Below, one piece after another: positions 34,793 to 42,895 of a stretch of 42,895 bases of DNA (its first letter is position 1; every line of letters starts with the position of its first letter). Made by a program: the position numbers and the translations under genes. The DNA lies in the NCBI GenBank assembly GCA_002633005.1, contig NMRA01000968.1:39407-82301 (forward strand), given 5' to 3'. Under the pieces are notes generated by a model, which made no database searches, was not told where the DNA came from, and saw only the letters and a program-made list of their open reading frames with translations. The DNA is from Phoronis australis. Lineage: Eukaryota > Animalia > Phoronida.

Positions 34793-37468
34793 ACTGGCTT
34801 GTAGAGGCACGTGAGTGACACTCATACAAAAGTATGCAGTTCACACTTCGATTGTACTTGTCTACCATTATTCTCCAGTTAACAAACTATTCGCGACTAA
34901 ATCTAACCCCTGCCTGTTTCAAACCATTAAATTCATTGGCTAAGGTGAGAAAAATCCGCTGCCTTTTCAAAAAAGGGATCATCGATTTTAGTTACGCTAT
35001 CGCTTAGTGCCAACAAAACAAATATTACAACAAATTTTATTCACTGTTGAACATATAATTCCTAGCAACGACCTCTGGGGTCATACGGGGGACGCCATAA
35101 TGGTTGTCAAGGCTCGACACCGTGAATGTTGCCATTATTCCGCCAAACACCTCTGTTTTCATAGGTGGACGTTTAGCATTGTAGCCCATTGTGCATATTA
35201 GGGGACGAATGAATACCGGCAAACAATCTATATCACTAAATACACTGCTAAAGAGCGAATTAGGTCGAAGCGTGTGTCCGAAGCTGGGAAAAAGAAGGTC
35301 TGGAGTTTTCTGACAGTCACTTCCAAGCATTTTAAACTAGACAGGTATGTAGAATTCAAAGGAATCTCACGGCACTCTTTTAACTGATGGCCATGCGAAA
35401 TAGTGGTTCAATACCTGTTTTATTCAATTTGTTTCATGCACATGAGTCACTTGTTTATCGACTGTACACGTGAAGCCCCCTTCTATTTGTTTCAGTCCTC
35501 CTATCAGTCGTTGTGAACTGAGTGGCCGAAGAAGTTTTATGTCTGATCCACAAATACTCAACGTAAATATATTCAAAACAGAAAACATGTTACAGGTTTA
35601 TAGTCTCGCGGGATGAGCCGTTTATTGCACGTGTAATGCTGACAGAATATACCCGAGTTTCGTGATGAAAAACTTCTACCGTCAATTTCACAGGTTCAAT
35701 TCACCTGCAGCACTGCAGGGTTCAGAACTTCGGACCCGTTTGGGTCATGCTGATGTTCAAATGACGACATCACAAGAGTCCATCATTAGCGGACCTCGTA
35801 TTCAGTATAGCCAGGAATGGCCACTGTTCTACCAGAGCCTCCTCAACGTACATGTATACACGTACGAACCATCTTATAATTACACTTAGTAGGAATACAT
35901 CTATTGTTATGAATTCTGAGCCAAAACCTCCAAAAGCCCGTACTTCTGTGATTCATGTTGTATCTTATGGTAGCGTGTGGGAAAGGTAATTAGTGCTTAC
36001 CGATTGCTGAGTGATGCATCTACATAGTGGCCTATCGGATAATTTCTTGCTGTCCATATACAGTACTTCCATAGCCTAAACATTCGTTCCAGCCAGCACT
36101 TTGGTTTCCATTCTACCTGAAGGTAGCCAAAGGTACAACACCTTCATGTAACTAAGACTAAACTGTCAAAATAACTTAACCATAACACATTATGCAACCC
36201 AATCAGTCTCTCCCATTTTGAAAACTAAAGTAAAAACAAAGTTTTTATCCACCATGGCACTACTGTTTTAAATGTTGAAGATGATTATATTTTTCCGCGC
36301 ATCTTTGCAGTATGTTATGATTGCAAATTTTCACATTTTGTTATATTTTTCTTGATATTGTTTATACCGTGTAATTCGTGTCAGTTAGCTCTTCCTATTG
36401 TTTGCTCAGTTCACACGAGGACTTTGATGACAATAAGTCGGGAGACACTGCAGGGTAATTTCATGTGCAAGTATTTTATTTACCCGTGTATATATTTCAC
36501 TATATATTTCACTATATATTTCATGTTTTATATGAGATTTTCCACTCCCTAATAGGCCCATGTAACAATCTACTTTTAGACTGTCTCAAAAAATGAACGC
36601 TCGTTCGCAAGTCTAGTTATGGGAGAAGGAAGGATCACGTGAGGTTTCAAACTGGGATGTGACATTGTCATCGATTCCGAGCTTCACTGTGGCATTTTTT
36701 TATAAGTCACAGTTCACAACAGCCCCCGATCCCCAATTATTATTTCGTTCGTTAATTGATTTATCAAAACCATTAGGATAGACCACAGTAAATATAAAAA
36801 TACTGAAGATAGAGATAGACGAAGATATGAATCAAAATTAGGACGGCTAATAGTGTCAAGGTACAAGTAAAAATAGACTAAAAGATAATCGATGTGTGAA
36901 TGACACGGTTAAGTGGTTTGTTAGTTCAGTCCCAATTCTCGCCCTCCTTCTCGAATTCTCACGAGTATCATGATTCACCACAGCCCAAAAAGGAATATGA
37001 GAGTCACTATGGGCGTTGGGTTACGGTTCACGGATGTGAAAATGTTTCACGAATCGTGATAAATTCTCCACAATGGTGGTTACAGTACATTGGCCGTACA
37101 TGTAGCACATACATAGTCCCTGGGCGCGGTGTGTTCCCTCTCATGGTGCATCTTAAACAACCTGCTATCGCGAAGTCAAATATTCAGAGAGCAAATACTA
37201 TCGATCGTCACTGTAAACATGTTTCAAACAAAATTTTCTGGTAAAGCGGTTTCTGATCTTCTCTTATGCATGCGATTAAGGCACTTCAATGTAGAGGACA
37301 GTGGAACACGTAACTGTTGACATTGACTGCCGTCTGAACAAGTCTTTCAGTACAGTAGATCCATGTATTGCAGTTATTTTCACCCTGAGATTATGAGGTA
37401 AAAACCTCCAAATTCGCTATCGCGTACATGCATGAAGATATTGCGTGACGGTGATGTGGCGTGACACA

Positions 37469-37499
37469 GTTAGATGGTAACGACACGAACAAGTAAACA
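37469..37499 (+). promoter_or_regulatory. Candidate RFX X-box-like site and forkhead (FOXJ1-type) site
   Basis: GTTAGATGGTAAC (37469-37481) and GTAAACA (37493-37499) lie just upstream of a donor site, AAG|GTAAAT at 37556. Confidence 0.3.
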
Positions 37500-37640
37500 C
37501 GAGACGATGAACAGGTATCCAGTGAGCAAATACTTTAAGTCAACTGTAGCCCCAAGGTAAATGAACAAACACTGATTAGACACCACCCAGGAGATACTCG
37601 AATATAATAACGTATAGATAGAAAACTATAGGGCACCACT

Positions 37641-37773
37641 CGGGCGGATCTAGCATGTCGTCAAAGAGGTCCAACCACATTTTTCGAAGGAAAACTCCCG
37701 CGTATAAGCTGTAAAATCACCGTGTCAACGGCTTTTTGGTCGTCTTAGGCCCAACTCCAGTAAATCCGCCTAT
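37641..37773. mobile_element. Short MITE
   Basis: Inverted ends GGCGGATCTA and TAAATCCGCC. Confidence 0.55.
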
Positions 37774-38025
37774 GGTACCTTCTAATCTGTTAGATAATGG
37801 ACATCCAGGCTTACGTATGTATAGGATACATCCTTGATGTGGTCACACGTTTATAGTTGTTTAAGTGTGTGTAAACCTTTGTGCATTGAAATTCCAAATG
37901 TGATCATGTTGACAGCGAACTCTAGTGGCACACTAGGAAACATGTCCGTGAAAAAACCTATTCATCCCGGCAGGTCCCCTTACATTTGAACTTGATTCTT
38001 GCAGCTTCTCGCCTAGACTTACGTC

Positions 38026-40672
38026 ATGCCGGCCCCCCGCCTGTTCAAGGGCAAGACCCCTTTCACCACAAATTACCAGGATGACTTCTGCTTTAACCGG
38101 GGGTACTTAGTGGACCAGGCCAAGGTTGCTCCAATTGAACCGGGCCGCAGGAACAACCCCCATCCACACGAGGTGAGTATAGGCCTACTGCTCAACCGAA
38201 AAAGACTTTCAGCGTTGCACCCCTTCTTGCATAGATTGTTAAAATGAAAATCTAATTAGAACGTTTTTACTATCATAAAATGGGTGTTCTTTTATTCCTT
38301 AATTACTGTCATGGTTCACCAACTCAAATTACGGACTGGCAATGCACACGTGCGTCATTTTCGTCTGCTCACTTTTAAGGCTGGCACGTTTCCTGGGTCG
38401 ATGATGGTTTCGTTGTTCTTGTTGGTAACGGAAATAGCACCCAATTGCCGTAAGGAACATTACTGATGAGACGGATTTTATGACAGTAAAATGCAGGCCA
38501 GTTCGATTTTGGTCTTTGAGCCAGCTCAGCAGGGCGGACTGTTATCTTAATGTTTCAATGTAGGCGGGTTGGACTGAATACTCCAGCTAAACGTTTGCTC
38601 CAGATGTTCACCGTATGTTTGTTTCCAGTAAAAAAAAATATTGTCTTTTCATGTTACAGTTGGAATAGTTAATAAACATTTACTTATTTCGCATAGATTG
38701 GAAATGTAAATCTGCGTAGTCTGCCACAGGCTCACAGCTGATGTATAAGTGTACTTGTACCTATACCAACCTTACATACTAATGGTTTTGTGAAATAAGT
38801 TGCCTTTTAGAAAAATGCCCTAAATCAACCTTTCCGATAATTTTATGTTTACATGTATTTCAAACAATTCAAAATCAAAGCGATTTGCTGTACAAGGTAT
38901 TCTCCACTTTCTTTCAAAAATAAAGAAATTCTTGAAATTTAATGAAGAATATTCAAGTGACAATTTCGTTATGAATCTTTGCTACGTCACAGGCAGTAAT
39001 GACCCGAAAATACAGGATTGTCATTTACGAGACATTTTATGTGTACGTTTTAAACTGGCGAATTAGAGAAAGGAGACTCTTGTTTCCTAATAGTATCAAC
39101 ATGTAGTGTGGAAGTTCACAGAAAATACTTCGTTTGCTTCAGTTGTAGATTCAATTTGCAGAAATCTTTATCGCTTTGAAAATGTCAACGACTGTACTTA
39201 TCAGTTTTCAAACGTGTCAGAAATTGTTGATAATCTCGTCATTTTTCAATGTCTGATACCTCCACCAAAGGGAACACATCTCGCCTAATCTTTCGTCAAA
39301 TAAGCGTATTATCATATGAAGGTTTAGAAACGCCTTGAGCGAGTATTTCTGAATGTGCCACTCTTCAGTAGGCTTCGTTTAATTTGATTGACTTCAAAAC
39401 TAGAGTAATCCTACAGTCACTGCTACATGTATTCTATAAGGGTAACGCAGATCTGGCTTATCCTACTTGCAAACATGCATGAAAACAGATGAAGCCGTTC
39501 TTGGCATTCAAAATTGTAATACTTGTGTTTCAACTGAGCAGTCGCTATGTTTGCTCAATCGATCACGTCTGATGGTTTCATTGCTGTTGTCAAGGCAATT
39601 TTGGTTTTGAATCGGCGCGTTATTAACACTTTCATAATTCACAACCGTGGTAACGACGAGTCGCGGTGGAGCGCCATGACGTTAGCTTATAGGTTTTGTG
39701 CACACACATACAAAGTCTACGAACTGAAACATCTACAGTACTCTGGAACGATTCACCTTCACAGTTAGACTGGGAATACGTCATATATGTATGTTATTGA
39801 TGGCTTGATAGTACCAAAAAAAACGTTTTTCAACGAAGACAATCACGCTGGTTATATGAAATATAGGCAAAGGTGACCGAGACATTTGCTATGCAGAATA
39901 GTGGTGAAAAAACGTGATTTTAATCGTTGAATGGCCTGAATGAATACGGTTCGTCCGTTGCCCGCTGAATTTTGTGATGATAGCTCCGTCTACTCTTACT
40001 ACAGCTTTTTTAAAATGACTAACACATTACCCTGTACAGCTGTTGTTATCTTTTTATTTATTAATGAATAAGACTAACTCTTCGATTTTGTAAATCTATA
40101 ATTATGAATCTCTTTCTCTCCCTCTTCTACAGGACTTCGTGAACCTCAAAGGAAAAATGGCCAAAGTAGACCCCAAGGTCGTGAAAGAGGCAGTCAGAGA
40201 GTACATGGATAACCTTATGACCGCCAGTCGTCGCACCTACGATGATTACACGCCGTATATTCAACAGGAAGGAAAGAAACCGGTCGTCATGAAGTCACAT
40301 GGTAGTTTATCTTGTTTAATTTCCGAGGGTTACAATGCATCATAATCATACACACATGGCTGAACAGTTTTCTTACAAAACGGGCGTGTGCTTCATTAAA
40401 AATGATAAAAAATTAGCTAAACCCTGTGTTTATTTTTTGTGAAATTGTATGCAAATAACACCAACATAATTGTGACCTTTAAAGTGTCCAAAAGGTTTTG
40501 GAAATTTACGCTTTATATGTATATTGTATCGGGTGTGGCAAAAAATAAACAAAAAATAATTTAGGGGCACTTTTTCAATATTTTAACCTTGCATTAATTT
40601 CAGTTCCAAAGACGAAGCGCGGGTTAACAGACTCTGTCATGTACCCGACGTCGACAGAGGTGCAAATACTTG
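38026..40672 (+). CDS. 5' exons of an uncharacterised, probably TEX26-like ciliary/sperm protein; exons 38026-38172, 40133-40301, 40604-40672; incomplete at the 3' end
   Basis: Three exons have good splice sites and compatible phases (0, 1, 1). They read MPAPRLFKGKTPFTTNYQDDF...GRRNNPHPHE/DFVNLKG...TASRRTYDDY.../VPKTKRGLTDSVMYPTSTEVQIL. The gene structure is well supported; the family call rests on recalled motifs (T.Y..DF, RRNNPHP). Confidence 0.7.
40345..40460. mobile_element. Diverged end fragment related to the Kolobok at 41968-42890
   Basis: TACACACATGG and AAAAATTAGCTAAACCCTGTGTTTATTTTTTGTG resemble the reverse complement of 42790-42887. Confidence 0.45.
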
Positions 40673-41967
40673 GTGAGTGAAGACCGTGTGATAGTTTCCG
40701 TAGAGGTGTGAATATGATTAAAAATAGAGGGAAATGGAAACGAAATGGAACACGATAAAAAGCTCAGATAGGTTTGAATTATTCAACTGCACTTGATTCC
40801 TACTCTAAAGTGAGTGTGTGTTTAAAATATCCTGTGTGAGTGGGACCCGATAGGTCCAGCAGACATATTTATCAGGGGCCGGGTCCAAGAAAACTTAGCC
40901 AAGACAAATGTTAAACTCTAGACAATTTCATGATGAACCTCAAGTTTGTCTTAACTCAGCTTCAGCAAAGTGTCCCTCGTTTCAGTTCTCATCAAATAAG
41001 TGGAAAGTGTGTCAGCTATAGCCTTGTCCATTCTGAACCTTATTCAAGTCGATCTCGATAAACCCCGTGTTGGGTTATATTTCTTCCCTGACGAATGTAT
41101 TGGGGTCGCCATTTTGGCAATCTTGAAATATGACTCAAGACAAAGCGAAACTTAAATGGGACTCAGCTAAGTTTCCTTTTTATGTTTATACCTTTATTGA
41201 AAAAGCCGCATTTATAAATCGATACACAGTCACACACACACACGCACACCTAATCCTGCTGACTACCGAGTAGTTACAAAGATACACCATCTGTTTTCTA
41301 AAAGATCTAATTTTTTAATTTTTGTGTTCATTGAGGGGTCAAGAAAGTATAGTCTGAGTTTGGACGCCTCAGAACTAGCAAACAATATGTACATATCAAG
41401 TCAAACAAAATGGAGCAATAGCACTGTTTAGTTTTTCTCTAAAATAGTATAATTGAATCGGAATTTATACAGGCGCTCAGTTGTATTTTTTCAATACAAG
41501 CTCCTGGCAGTAAATTAACGGTTTACCCAAAAGTAAAATGATGTTTTCGAAAGTCTTTAGTTCATCAGCAAAGTCCAGGTTAACAGTTTTGTAGGAGAGT
41601 GAAGCAACACATAAAGAATTCCCTTTCTTTAAACTGTTTCACAGTCCCAAAATATGTGCTTCAAAGTCCTTTTAGATTATCTACAAAATCATCAAGAGGT
41701 TTTGTTTTTAATTTGTATTAGTTTTTTAAGAATTAATGTCTAAATTCTCGTCAAGAGCGTAAATTGAAACCACCCAAGACTAGGGTTGGGTTGAAGGAAA
41801 GGTAGTGTAGATATCTTCCCAGGAAAGATTATTTGCTTTTCCTTACACTGTTTTGCTTCCGACTTTGAATCTCGGAACAATAACTAAATTGAGTACAAAT
41901 ATGTCGACACCCTCTCCCACAACTTCTCAATTTCCTTAAAAATGTTAGCATCATATGACAATATTAA

Positions 41968-42890
41968 AGTGTACACAACATGACTCTAGTACCTCAAAAT
42001 AAATTTTATTATTATATCTTACTTGATTTCAGTGCCTTTAGTGCACAGCTCATAAAGAAACACGCAAAAATTGAAAAAAATAATAATTATGTACAACGTC
42101 ATGGGTTGAACCCAAGTCGTTTGCCATACCGTTCGGATCAGAGACAAAGTGTCGAGAAGGTTCGTAGAGGGATCAAAAGATGTGTTTCGGAGGCTGCAGC
42201 AACAGCAGCCAGGCGGAAAACGTCTCGGTGTTCCAAAGGACACCAAAGTTGCGCAGAAGTGGCATGACTTCGTGCGCCGAACGAGAGAGTGGGAAGTCAT
42301 CGTGGACCAAGCGATTCGGTCCGGGGCCACTCTGTGTTCTGCCCACTTCGAGGACTCGTGTTTCGACTCCAGTCACAGGAGACGATGAAGGCCTGGTTCA
42401 ATAAAGGACAATATTTATCATTCAGAAACATCAGCTCTTAATTCAGGATCGTCTGTTGGATGACTGGGTTGACTCGCCGAGCCCGAGACCGCTTCTCTCG
42501 CGGGAGGATCCAGTTTACAAGGCTCAAAGTAGAAAAGTACGCAGCCGGAAGCACATTAAACTTGTTCTCGCTTTCGTGCAACCCCATTTCCTCATCCTGG
42601 CCACCATTCTCATACGTTTCTTCATAGTATTCGTTCAATTCTTGCTCATAATCGTGGTCACTTTCAAATTCCCTGGTCTCCGCCATTGTTCAATGCTAGT
42701 CACTGATCTCCTGTGTTCAACCCATGACGTCACATGGCGGGAAATGTGAAAATTGGCAAAATTGAAAGAAAAATCAAAATTTTGAGCTAATTACACAAAA
42801 TAAACATGGGTTTAGCTAAATTTTACGTCATACATTTAGTCTGTGGCCACCGGTAATTCAAAATGTGCAAAAATCCATGGTGTGTACTGT
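41968..42890 (+). mobile_element. 923-bp non-autonomous Kolobok DNA transposon with a frameshifted THAP domain (+) and a KolX-like N-terminus (-)
   Basis: TTAA target duplication at 41964-41967 and 42891-42894, with imperfect TIRs AGTGTACACAACATG / CATGGTGTGTACTGT. The THAP relic reads KRCV-GGCSN...PKD...KW..FVRRTR...LCSAHFEDSCF (~42172-42363). A convergent acidic ORF starts at 42686. Confidence 0.85.
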
Positions 42891-42895
42891 TTAAG

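Noticed and set aside
35007-37320. Several 60-115-aa ORFs
   Set aside because: No motifs and no convincing splice sites; consistent with chance ORFs.
42149-42404. Host THAP-domain gene
   Set aside because: The domain needs two frameshifts and sits between TIRs with a TTAA duplication, so it is a transposon relic.

Overview
This is eukaryotic, invertebrate animal DNA (AT-rich, GT-AG introns) from a draft scaffold, with a 327-nt N gap (19544-19870) and single-N joins at 6453, 11858, 14145 and 28062. Three host genes lie on the + strand. (1) The 3' part of a UBAP2/UBAP2L (lingerer-like) gene: 12 phase-compatible exons from 255 to 13417 giving a 750-aa partial protein. Its last exons occur twice, each time directly after a single-N join, which most likely reflects uncollapsed haplotypes. 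(2) A complete three-exon, polyadenylated-type linker histone H1 gene (21767-22780, 166 aa). (3) The 5' exons of a probable TEX26-like ciliary gene (38026-40672), which continues past the window. The rest is mostly decayed mobile DNA: an Academ-like element, a 923-bp Kolobok with convergent THAP and KolX-like relics, Helentron-associated HINE-like elements, a LINE 3' end, a tRNA-derived SINE and MITEs. I found no clearly new biological system. The most unusual signals are a 38-bp tandem array made of copies of a 3' splice site, a candidate 39-nt cassette microexon, a haplotype-variable VNTR and the intron-containing H1. All family assignments come from motif recognition only; no searches were run.
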